From positions 1 to 21,895 of the forward strand of contig SDNP01000040.1 in the NCBI GenBank assembly GCA_004524445.1: a stretch of 21,895 nucleotides of DNA, read 5' to 3'. Made by a program: the position numbers and the translations under genes. This document shows positions 7,732 to 15,858 of this stretch, piece after piece. The DNA comes from Candidatus Thorarchaeota archaeon (GTDB taxonomy: Archaea; Asgardarchaeota; Thorarchaeia; Thorarchaeales; Thorarchaeaceae). A model generated the notes under the pieces. The model made no database searches and was not told the origin of the DNA. It was given only the letters and a program-made list of their open reading frames with translations. Every line of letters begins with the position of its first letter. Within the stretch, counting starts at the first letter, position 1.

Positions 7732-9372
7732 ATGATGAAAGTTAAGCATGCATTTACAATTTTATTCGTAGCGTTCATGGTATCTGCGCCATTGACTGCA
7801 GCAGCAATGCAGGACAGCTTTACTGTTGCGCAAGAGGAGGAATTCAATCCTGAAGAACTCATCGGAAGACTCCTTGAAGAAGGAGCTGAGGTGCTACTTA
7901 CCAACATTGACGATGATGGAGTACCAGGTGTGATTTATGGACAACTCGGTATTCCTTCGGATGATCTAGGACTCGAGGAAGATTTCTATGACGGTTGCCT
8001 CGCTATGGCAATGATATCGACTCATGGAGAATTTTTGGATATTGTCTTTGATCTAATAGGCGGAAATCCATTTTCCGGAGATTCTTCCGGGGGTGAATTT
8101 ACCACAGCACAAGATGGTGGCATAGGTGGTCCTGAAGAAATTTTGGATATCTTGGGAACCGAATTTAATTTGCTGATAACAGTCTATGCCAACATGCCAG
8201 AAGCAGAGTCTCAGCAGAAAATGTCAAATGTTGTCACACACATGACGAATACTTTCGGTTTCAGTTTGGCACAATTACTCACACTCAGAATCGATGAGAA
8301 TTTGTTTCCACCAGAAGCCGAAATTGAACTGCCTTTTGACTCGCTAGACCTGTTCATCTATCAGGAGTTGAGCACATTTGATATTGTGTCAAACGCGATG
8401 TTGAGTCAAATGGATGACTCTGGAATCCTTGGAGCGATGGATACATCCTTCTTTACTGAAGCAAGAGCATCAGCTGCAGGAATGCTTGCTATCCCTGATT
8501 TAGCTGAGCTGGTCAATTTCATCAACTCAACCTTTGAAGGTGCTGGAACAGTTCCTCCATCCTCTGGCTTTGCTCTAGCTCAATTCCCAGGGAATCTAGA
8601 AGGCCCACTTGCAATAGCCGCAGTAGGCTATCTTGGTGAACAAGTCCTGACATCAGAAAGCACGGAGTTGAACGTAGGCTCATTGGTTGGAGCAACAGGA
8701 ACAATTTCTCCATTAGATTCCGGACAGTCGCTTATTCTTACCAACCTGCCTGAGAATGTAAATATCACATCTGTCACTCCGTTCGTTGAGAATCAAACCT
8801 TTTACGAAGCGAATGGTAGCACCGTCTTATGGAATTCGACTGCACTTGGAGACCAACCGGAGTATCTAGTTTCATTTGATGGTGGAGAATTTCCGCCGCC
8901 AATCACCATTGAGCGAACCTTCTCTCCCGAAACTGTCACAGCCGGAGGTTCTGTTGAGGTGACCGTAACGGTAACCAACGAAGGAACTGAAGCGATATCC
9001 AATGTGCATCTAAATGACACAGGCATATTGAGCTACTACAGCTCCATTACGGTGACAGGTACAACAAGTGATACATTTGCAACACTTGCTGGTGGCGAAA
9101 GCGAATCAATCACCTATCAAGTCACATTCGAAAACGAGGGTAGGTACGGATTCCCCAAGGCTACTGTGATGTATACATATGAAGGGGACAGCTATACAAA
9201 GACTACACCTCGCGATGGCTATACTGTAGAGCCAAATCCTGGCAATCTTGCAGCCCAGGCCATAGCTGATGGATGGCCCTATTCTGGCATAGCCATAGGC
9301 GTAGTAGCTCTCGTTGGAATCTACTCGATTGCGGGACTTGCTCGCGGCCGGGGCGACACGTATCAAGTATAA
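7732..9372 (+). CDS. Secreted, C-terminally membrane-anchored acidic surface glycoprotein with a DUF11/BatD/CARDB-like Ig domain
   Basis: N-terminal signal peptide and a very acidic body with several N-x-S/T sequons. The segment ITIERTFSP..V..G..VEVTVTVTNEG.....NV.L.D....L..GES..ITY is Ig-like, and a C-terminal TM is followed by RGRG. Confidence 0.8.
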   Translation: MMKVKHAFTILFVAFMVSAPLTAAAMQDSFTVAQEEEFNPEELIGRLLEEGAEVLLTNIDDDGVPGVIYGQLGIPSDDLGLEEDFYDGCLAMAMISTHGEFLDIVFDLIGGNPFSGDSSGGEFTTAQDGGIGGPEEILDILGTEFNLLITVYANMPEAESQQKMSNVVTHMTNTFGFSLAQLLTLRIDENLFPPEAEIELPFDSLDLFIYQELSTFDIVSNAMLSQMDDSGILGAMDTSFFTEARASAAGMLAIPDLAELVNFINSTFEGAGTVPPSSGFALAQFPGNLEGPLAIAAVGYLGEQVLTSESTELNVGSLVGATGTISPLDSGQSLILTNLPENVNITSVTPFVENQTFYEANGSTVLWNSTALGDQPEYLVSFDGGEFPPPITIERTFSPETVTAGGSVEVTVTVTNEGTEAISNVHLNDTGILSYYSSITVTGTTSDTFATLAGGESESITYQVTFENEGRYGFPKATVMYTYEGDSYTKTTPRDGYTVEPNPGNLAAQAIADGWPYSGIAIGVVALVGIYSIAGLARGRGDTYQV

Positions 9373-9382
9373 CCTGCTGATT

Positions 9383-9418
9383 TCCCGGACTCTGTCCGGG
9401 AGTCAACTCTTTCTTTTC
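9383..9418 (+). terminator. GC-rich hairpin plus T-rich tract, likely terminator
   Basis: TCCCGGAC-TCT-GTCCGGGA (9383-9401) is a perfect 8-bp stem, followed by CTCTTTCTTTTC. Confidence 0.7.
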
Positions 9419-9484
9419 TATGTTATCAAAGCTCGTAGCCGATAATTTATCTTGCAGTCAGTGGTTGAAACAACTAGACCTGAC

Positions 9485-10426
9485 ATGACATTGAGAGAGA
9501 AGTTAGATGGCTACTTGAGGCTCGAACGTTCGTTTTTTGGCATCCCTGAAGAAGAAGATAAAGAGCCAGATATCGGAATATTAGGTGTTCCCTATGATCT
9601 CACATCCAGCCACACTCCAGGAAGCCGATTCGGACCCGATGCCATAAGGAAAGCAACAGATAATGAAAGGTCGCATGGATATCCATTGTTGATTGGCAAG
9701 GGACCCATTGATAGCCATAAACCCCTGTCAGAAATCATCACTCTCGAAGACATCGGAGACCTAGAGGTTGGCGTTCAACTACCTGAATCAGTTGAAGTTC
9801 ATATTTCTGAAGTAGCCAAGATCCTAGCTGCTTCTAATTCATCACTCATATTTCTTGGAGGTGATCACTTCATAACTTACCCTATCATGAAGGGTCTAAA
9901 GAGGGCTTCACAAGGAAAATGGGGCCTTTTCTATTTGGATTCTCATGCAGATTTCTATAAAGACTACGGGGGCGCTGACCTCTCACACGCCTCCACAGTT
10001 CGTAGGATTGCTGAGCAAGACATTGTCGATTTGCAGGATATTGTTGTGTATGACATGAGGTGTGCACCTCCAGACCAGCGAGTGGAATTACAGCCACTGA
10101 TTTCAGAAGATTTGATAACTATCGAAGATGTAGCAGTACGTTTCAGGAATGTATCTTCAGCGGTCGAACGCGTCCACCTCTCCATCGACCTGGACATTCT
10201 TGACCCCATATATGCTCCGGGTGTTTCTCATCCTGAATCAGGTGGTGTCTCAGTTGAGCAGCTTGTAACTCTCATTCGTTTAGCCTTTGCTACAGGAAAA
10301 ATATACTCTGTAGATATTGTTGAATTCAACCCGCTGCTAGATGAGAATGGTCTGACTGCAATTGCTGCTAGAGATGTCCTCAAGGAAGTGCTCTGGGGAT
10401 TCACCATTGCGAAACAAAAGGTATAA
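9485..10426 (+). CDS. Agmatinase/arginase-family ureohydrolase
   Basis: Motifs GVPYD.T.S..PGSRFGP.AIR, DIGD, LGGDH, DSHAD, SHAS, SIDLDILDP..APGV..PE.GG and DIVEFNP. The Mn ligands are intact. The start is uncertain (ATG 9485 or TTG 9452). Confidence 0.88.
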   Translation: MTLREKLDGYLRLERSFFGIPEEEDKEPDIGILGVPYDLTSSHTPGSRFGPDAIRKATDNERSHGYPLLIGKGPIDSHKPLSEIITLEDIGDLEVGVQLPESVEVHISEVAKILAASNSSLIFLGGDHFITYPIMKGLKRASQGKWGLFYLDSHADFYKDYGGADLSHASTVRRIAEQDIVDLQDIVVYDMRCAPPDQRVELQPLISEDLITIEDVAVRFRNVSSAVERVHLSIDLDILDPIYAPGVSHPESGGVSVEQLVTLIRLAFATGKIYSVDIVEFNPLLDENGLTAIAARDVLKEVLWGFTIAKQKV

Positions 10427-10427
10427 G
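10416..10427 (+). promoter_or_regulatory. Putative BRE-TATA promoter of the trmB-ggr unit (short-leader transcript)
   Basis: AAAAGG-TATAAG lies 30 nt upstream of ATG 10458, which lacks an SD. Confidence 0.5.
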
Positions 10428-10457
10428 TAGCAATTACACATAAATACCTCGTTCAAG

Positions 10458-11201
10458 ATGGCGACAAGTGGGTCAAAGGAAGTTGGAACTATAAGAAATC
10501 GAGTGGTGGACTTACTTCGCGAACTAGGATTTGGTGCGCACGAGTCGGCCGTGATTGTCGCTCTGAATCAGCAAACCTCAAGCACGGTTGCAGAGCTTTC
10601 ATCGATGACTGGCATCCATCATGCAAATCTCTATTCTGTTCTTGAAGGACTATCTGCGCGTGGACTGGTAGTTCCAACAGAAGGGAGACCACGAGTCTAC
10701 GCTTTCGCTCCTTTGTCAATATTTGAGGAATTATTCTCGACCAAAGTGAAACAAGTGGCGAAGGGATTGGAGCGGCTAAGGGAAGAGCGGAAACAAGCGG
10801 GGACTGTCCCTTCTTTGGTCTACACCATTAGAGGAAAAACCGACGTACATGCAAAGTTGTCTGGGATGTTATCCAAGGCCAAGCAACGAATCATCCTGGT
10901 TTGCCCTGATATCGATATGCTTGGATCAGAGATAATTGATTCTTTGAAGGATGCCTCTGGTAGGGGTGTGAAGATTAGGGCCATATATGGTAATTCACCG
11001 AAGGAGCTCGGTTTTGATATAGACGAGCGAATAAAGGAAGACACCATGGCCATAGACCTCGTCATAGATGGCAAAGAAGCATTGATTTCCATGCCAGATA
11101 TGTCTGTTTGTGGATGGGCCGACAATGTGTTGATTTCGGGTCAACTCGAAAACTTTCTTGAGCAAACGTGGAACTTAGTAAGGAGAAATGATGATGACTG
11201 A
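10458..11201 (+). CDS. TrmB-family transcriptional regulator
   Basis: N-terminal LRELGF...ES.V..AL.......AELS...GI....LYSVL..L..RGLV...EGRPRVY. The C-terminal effector-binding domain shows AKQRIIL, RGVKIRAI and VIDGKEALI. Confidence 0.9.
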   Translation: MATSGSKEVGTIRNRVVDLLRELGFGAHESAVIVALNQQTSSTVAELSSMTGIHHANLYSVLEGLSARGLVVPTEGRPRVYAFAPLSIFEELFSTKVKQVAKGLERLREERKQAGTVPSLVYTIRGKTDVHAKLSGMLSKAKQRIILVCPDIDMLGSEIIDSLKDASGRGVKIRAIYGNSPKELGFDIDERIKEDTMAIDLVIDGKEALISMPDMSVCGWADNVLISGQLENFLEQTWNLVRRNDDD

Positions 11202-12564
11202 TTATGACGTAGTTGTAGCAGGAGCTGGAACAGGCGGCGCAACAACAGCATACACCATTGCCAAAAATGGGAAATCTGTGTTGTTGATTGATAGGAAAGA
11301 GCGAAACAAGATTGGTGACAAGACATGTGGTGATGCATTAGGAAGTCATCATATACAAGAGCTCAGAAACCTGGTTGGGCTTCCAGAAGTACCTCAGGAC
11401 ATAGTGGAACATGAGGTGAACGGTATCGACCTCATCGCACCCGACAGAGAACACAGGTTGAGGATGCAGGGTTCAACAACAACAGGAATGTCTTTCAACC
11501 GGTTGAAAATGGGGCAGTGGTTTATTTCTTTGGCAGAAAAGGCCGGAGCCGAACTAATGCCATCTACCCGCGCTAAGCGGCCCATAATACAGAATGGAAC
11601 AGTCGCTGGAATCAAAGTTTTGGATTCTGATGGGCATGAACAAGACATCACAGCCAGCATCGTTGTGGACGCCACCGGTGCGACAGGAATGCTCCGTCGG
11701 CAGCTTCCGCAGTCAACTCCTATTGAGAGAACACTCAATAAGGAAGACAAGATGGTGGCTTGGAGAGATATATACGAGACCCCCAATTACACCTTTGAAA
11801 CGCCTGATATCTTAGAGATTTTCTGGAATCAAGAAGAGACCCTTGGTGGGTATACTTGGGTATTTCCACAGGGAGAACACAGAGTGAATGTCGGAGCAGG
11901 CGTGATGACTATTGAAGGTCATAGAAACCCACAGAACATCATGAAGGAGTTTGTCAAACCAAACTGGGACTTCATGCAGACAGACTATGAGGTAATAGAC
12001 AGTCGTGGTGGAGTTGCGCCAATAAGACGACCAATAGATACGATGGTAGATGACAACTTTATGCTGGTCGGGGATGCGGCATGCCAGGTTAATCCAATCC
12101 ATGGTGGAGGTATTGGGTCTTCATTGCTTGGAGGAGCGCTGGCAGGTCTAACTGCGGTTAAAGCCTTGGAATCTCGGGATACCTCTATCTCGGGTTTATG
12201 GGAATACAATCCGCGATATATGGAGATGTATGGGTCAAAACAGGCGTCATTGGATGTCTTTAGGTGGTTTCTCCTGAATGTTACCAATGAGGAAATTAAC
12301 TTCGCCTTTGAGAGGAAGATCATCAAAGCCAGTGACCTATTGGACACCTCAATGACAGGTGATATGAAAATCGGAATGGGCGAGAAATTCAGAAGGCTTG
12401 TATCTGGAATAGGCAAACTTCCATTATTGTTACGAGTTTCTAAAATCGCAAATTTGATGCAGGAAATTCGCGAAGTGTATTCGGAATACCCCCGGGACCC
12501 ATCAGGATTAGATAAGTGGAAAATGAGACTTGGTCCAATCTACAAACAGGCCAAAGCTGTTTAG
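11194..12564 (+). CDS. Geranylgeranyl reductase (digeranylgeranylglycerophospholipid reductase-like, Sulfolobus-type)
   Basis: Motifs YDVVVAGAGTGG, IGDKTCGDA, VDATG, GGYTWVFP, VNVGAG, VGDAACQVNPIHGGGIG and YGSKQASLDVFR. It overlaps the trmB stop. The start is one of three tandem ATGs (11188-11194). Confidence 0.88.
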   Translation: MTDYDVVVAGAGTGGATTAYTIAKNGKSVLLIDRKERNKIGDKTCGDALGSHHIQELRNLVGLPEVPQDIVEHEVNGIDLIAPDREHRLRMQGSTTTGMSFNRLKMGQWFISLAEKAGAELMPSTRAKRPIIQNGTVAGIKVLDSDGHEQDITASIVVDATGATGMLRRQLPQSTPIERTLNKEDKMVAWRDIYETPNYTFETPDILEIFWNQEETLGGYTWVFPQGEHRVNVGAGVMTIEGHRNPQNIMKEFVKPNWDFMQTDYEVIDSRGGVAPIRRPIDTMVDDNFMLVGDAACQVNPIHGGGIGSSLLGGALAGLTAVKALESRDTSISGLWEYNPRYMEMYGSKQASLDVFRWFLLNVTNEEINFAFERKIIKASDLLDTSMTGDMKIGMGEKFRRLVSGIGKLPLLLRVSKIANLMQEIREVYSEYPRDPSGLDKWKMRLGPIYKQAKAV

Positions 12565-12624
12565 ATCCATTCGGAATGATTGAGATACCGAACCGAGAAA
12601 GTTGCATATTAGGAGACCTTGGCT

Positions 12625-13572
12625 GTGAGAGAAATATGCAGAGCTGCGGATGTTAGCTTCTTTGCCCCTGAGTCAGCATACTTCTCATTCAGTAATAGCC
12701 CCTATATTGGACACAGAAACGCAACAGCAGTCGACATTTATCCGATTGAGGGAGAATGGGGTTGTAGTATTCCATCGCCTGTTGACGGAGAAGTGGTTGA
12801 TGTTAGAAAGATTCGAATGGGACAAAAGCGAGAATTCCTAACAGCCGATTTTGATTACGCTATTGGAATAAGACCATCATCTAACGCAGATTATGTAGTT
12901 CGTATTCTACATTGTAAGCCGGATGTGAAAATTGGCGATACTGTCAACCGGCTGGGACACTTGGGTGCGGCTATCCGGTCGCGCTATTTTAATTTCTGGA
13001 CAGGACCTCATTACCATGCGGAAGTGATGCTTGGTGATGATTTTGCTAGATCTTCTCAGTCGATTCCCCTCAATATACCTCCTACTGAGATCTCAAGCTC
13101 AGAATCTGATATCGGTGAGGCGCACGTAAATGTCATCGAAGTCACTGAAGACCGGATTCTGGCAACAGGTGGATTCGGACATGCGATATCAAGTAACGGC
13201 CTCTTCGGACACTTGCTTCATACTAACCAAAACCCGTCATATGGGCTATTAGACGGAGGCATTCCCCATTATGAATTAGCAGGTTGTTTGTGTTCACCCG
13301 ATGCCAGTCTGCCCAAGTTATACAAGTGGTCGAGATTTGTTGTAGGAAGAACAGCATCTAGCATTGATAATCCAACACGCTTCATGACAAGTAACAATCT
13401 CAACTTTAAAATAGGAGAGCATAGGATCAGAGGTCTCTCATTTTACATATTTACTGAATACAACTTGATACGTGGAAAAGTTCCACTGATTCTGATTCCC
13501 AATGAATATGGTGGATTTGTTGACAAGTTTCAAGCGGGAGACACTCCTGAGATTCATGCAAGCATTAGCTGA
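12625..13572 (+). CDS. Conserved archaeal protein with M23/LytM-like Zn-binding motifs, cytoplasmic
   Basis: FSFSNSPY.GH....AVDIYP, SPVDGEV, RILH.KP.VK.GD.V and GPHYHAEV resemble the M23 H..D / H / HxH signature. No signal peptide. GGAGA lies 8 nt before GTG 12625 (alternative TTG 12619). Confidence 0.6.
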   Translation: MREICRAADVSFFAPESAYFSFSNSPYIGHRNATAVDIYPIEGEWGCSIPSPVDGEVVDVRKIRMGQKREFLTADFDYAIGIRPSSNADYVVRILHCKPDVKIGDTVNRLGHLGAAIRSRYFNFWTGPHYHAEVMLGDDFARSSQSIPLNIPPTEISSSESDIGEAHVNVIEVTEDRILATGGFGHAISSNGLFGHLLHTNQNPSYGLLDGGIPHYELAGCLCSPDASLPKLYKWSRFVVGRTASSIDNPTRFMTSNNLNFKIGEHRIRGLSFYIFTEYNLIRGKVPLILIPNEYGGFVDKFQAGDTPEIHASIS

Positions 13573-13689
13573 AATTGCATCTAGTGAAAACATGAGGTAA
13601 GCTGATTTCTACCCTTCTCCCGGAATTCCTTTTGTTCAACAGCGCTCAATGCATACACTAAAGAAAATATCACTCTATGTTGTATTGCC

Positions 13690-14673
13690 ATGGTTGACTG
13701 CGTTCGTGTATCATTGGGCACCGCAATTGCATTAGGACTAGAACAAGGACCGAACTTGAGCCACTTTACAACACTATTCATAATGACTCACTCAGAAACT
13801 GGGTGTACCGCAAATTGTGCCTTTTGCCCTCAAGCTATTGATAGCGACACGCAGCCAGGTATGCTCTCTCGAATTGGATGGCCTAAGTTTGACTCACATA
13901 CATTCATGGACGCAGCTAATTCCAATCTCGACAAGTTTCAGAGAATATGCATTCAATGTCTCAATTACCCTGAAGTTGTTCATGACTGCCTCGATATTAT
14001 TAGTATGCTAGAAGGTCCGAAGCCCCCCATTTCTGTATGTATCCATCCCGTTTCAAAGCAGGACATGGTTAGACTGCATGATGCGGGTGTGGAGCGAATA
14101 GGTATCGCAATGGATGCATGTACGCCTGAGCTTTTTGAAAAAATCAAGGGCAATCAACGGACACCCAAATACAGCTGGACTGCACACATGAAAGCTCTAC
14201 GAAATGCAGTAGATATTTGGGGGTCGCAGAGTGTGACAACTCACCTAATTGTGGGTTTGGGTGAAACTGAGAAAGAAGCATCAGATTTTTTATTTCAAGC
14301 CAAAGATATGGGGATCACAGTTGGACTATTTGCGTTCACAAGCATACAGGGCACCGCTCTCGAAAACTTGCCACAGCCAGATATCGGAAAATACCGTCGA
14401 ATACAGATTCTACGTCATCTGATTTCGTTAGGAGAGATCGAGCAGAAGGATATATCCTTCACAGAGGAGCGGTTGAATTTTGATATCCCCAACGGTAGAT
14501 TGGTCGAGCTTATTTCAAATGGAAGTCCATTCAGGGTGAGTGGTTGTCCAGGTTGTAATAGGCCATACTACAATGAACGACCGAGTGGGCCTCTCTACAA
14601 CTATCCCCGTCCTTTGGATAGAAAAGAAGTTATAGGCGCCTTAAAACAAGCAGGCCTGGTGAACCACAATTAA
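13690..14673 (+). CDS. lipS2: Radical SAM protein, LipS2 subunit type of the archaeal LipS1/S2 lipoyl synthase
   Basis: CTANCAFC (CxxxCxxC), LSRIGWP, RICIQ and THLIVGLGETE. C-terminal SGCPGCNRPYYNERP matches the TxGCPxC(N/D)RP motif described for T. kodakarensis LipS2. Adjacent to lplAB. Confidence 0.82.
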   Translation: MVDCVRVSLGTAIALGLEQGPNLSHFTTLFIMTHSETGCTANCAFCPQAIDSDTQPGMLSRIGWPKFDSHTFMDAANSNLDKFQRICIQCLNYPEVVHDCLDIISMLEGPKPPISVCIHPVSKQDMVRLHDAGVERIGIAMDACTPELFEKIKGNQRTPKYSWTAHMKALRNAVDIWGSQSVTTHLIVGLGETEKEASDFLFQAKDMGITVGLFAFTSIQGTALENLPQPDIGKYRRIQILRHLISLGEIEQKDISFTEERLNFDIPNGRLVELISNGSPFRVSGCPGCNRPYYNERPSGPLYNYPRPLDRKEVIGALKQAGLVNHN

Positions 14674-15436
14674 TTCATTCCGATTCCTTGGCTTGGAGGA
14701 AAATGATGCCTATACAAATATGGCAATCGACGAATCAATCGTGACAGCAATCCATAAAGGAGATGCCACACCAACTCTAAGGTTCTACCGCTGGAAACCG
14801 TCTGCAGTATCCATTGGGACATTCCAGGGAATGAAGGAAGAAGTTGATATCGAATATTGCAAGCAGCAAGGAATCGACCCAGTCCGGAGAATAACTGGTG
14901 GCGGTGCAGTGTATCATGATTATAATGGAGAAATCACCTATAGCATCATTATTCCCCAAAGCCACAATCTGGTGCCACATGACATTCTAGAGTCCTATTC
15001 CATAATTTGTGATGGCATAATTCGCGGGTTGAAGAATCTCAATATAGAAGCACAATTTGTACCAATAAACGATATAGCTGTAGGAGGGAAAAAAGTTTCA
15101 GGAAATGCACAAACGCGACGACAGGGGTGTCTTCTCCAGCATGGTACAATTCTACTAGACCTTGATGTAAGAGAAATGTTCAGGATATTGAAAGTTCCTC
15201 AGGAAAAAATTTCCGACAAGATGATTAAGGACGTGACCCAGCGAGTGACGTCACTGAAACATATTCTAGGAAGAAAAATAGAATTCGAAGAGGTTAGCAA
15301 AGCTTTGCAGAGAGGCTTCTCTGATGCGTTAGCTATTGAACTGATATCCGGTTCTCTATCAGGCGAAGAAATGAAAATAGCAAGAAAGCTTGCTAAGGAA
15401 AAGTACTCGACGGACGAATGGAATTTCTCTAGGTGA
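14669..15436 (+). CDS. lplA: Lipoate/octanoate-protein ligase catalytic subunit (LplA N-domain); probable ATT start (ORF track gives TTG 14693)
   Basis: Motifs NMAIDE, PTLRFYRW.P.AVSIG.FQ, VRRITGGGAVYHD, NDI.V.GKKVSGNAQ, LQHGTIL and W.F.R. In-frame FRFLG lies upstream of the annotated start. Confidence 0.92.
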   Translation: MNSFRFLGLEENDAYTNMAIDESIVTAIHKGDATPTLRFYRWKPSAVSIGTFQGMKEEVDIEYCKQQGIDPVRRITGGGAVYHDYNGEITYSIIIPQSHNLVPHDILESYSIICDGIIRGLKNLNIEAQFVPINDIAVGGKKVSGNAQTRRQGCLLQHGTILLDLDVREMFRILKVPQEKISDKMIKDVTQRVTSLKHILGRKIEFEEVSKALQRGFSDALAIELISGSLSGEEMKIARKLAKEKYSTDEWNFSR

Positions 15437-15441
15437 CATTG

Positions 15442-15717
15442 ATGAAAAAGAGTACTCTCAAGGTTCCGGGGGGAAAACTGATTAGAATAGCACTCAGCAG
15501 AGAGAATAGCAGGATTTCCACAATCAAAATCACGGGCGATTTTTTTCTCCATCCAGAAAGAACCCTTGAGGAGATTGAGAAAAAGCTCGTTGGTACCATA
15601 CTAGTTGCCTCAGAACTGCAGAAAGAAATCGCTTCTGTAGTCGCCAAAAATAGTGCAGTTCTAATTGGGGCCACAGCTAGCGACATCACACGAGCGATCA
15701 TGCTGGCGGTTGATTGA
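15442..15717 (+). CDS. lplB: Lipoate-protein ligase accessory C-terminal domain (LplB)
   Basis: KVPGGKLIR...I..IKITGDFFLHPE..LEEIE..L.G. GGTGA SD precedes ATG 15442. Confidence 0.88.
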   Translation: MKKSTLKVPGGKLIRIALSRENSRISTIKITGDFFLHPERTLEEIEKKLVGTILVASELQKEIASVVAKNSAVLIGATASDITRAIMLAVD

Positions 15718-15734
15718 ATTCAAATATCTCTTAA

Positions 15735-15756
15735 AAGGAAACAGCATGTTTTCCTT
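15735..15756. terminator. Imperfect inverted repeat after lplB (terminator or operator)
   Basis: AAGGAAA-CAGCATGT-TTTCCTT, followed by CTCTT. Confidence 0.4.
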
Positions 15757-15802
15757 CTCTTGACATTTTATAAAGCACAATAGCTTTAAATCAGAGCGTA
15801 GG

Positions 15803-15850
15803 CTCCCCTCAGAGGTCAACGGATATCAAATATGCTCAACCTCAGGGGAG
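15803..15850 (+). promoter_or_regulatory. 5'-UTR hairpin covering the SD of the histidine kinase gene
   Basis: CTCCCCT-ca-GAGGT (15803-15816) pairs with ACCTC-AGGGGAG (15839-15850), giving 12 bp with a 2-nt bulge. Confidence 0.45.
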
Positions 15851-15858
15851 GCTTTCTT

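Noticed and set aside
9485-10426. Degenerate or inactive agmatinase (YDMR in place of the usual GIR)
   Set aside because: All metal-ligand motifs (GGDH, DxHxD, DxD) and the catalytic His/Glu are present.
11194-12564. GGR-like flavoprotein as LipT of the LipS1/S2 lipoate pathway
   Set aside because: Its motifs (GDKxCGDA, VNPxHGGG, YGxKQASLDxFR) fit the Sulfolobus-type lipid GGR. It is coupled to trmB and separated from lipS2 by another gene. A phylogeny would settle this.
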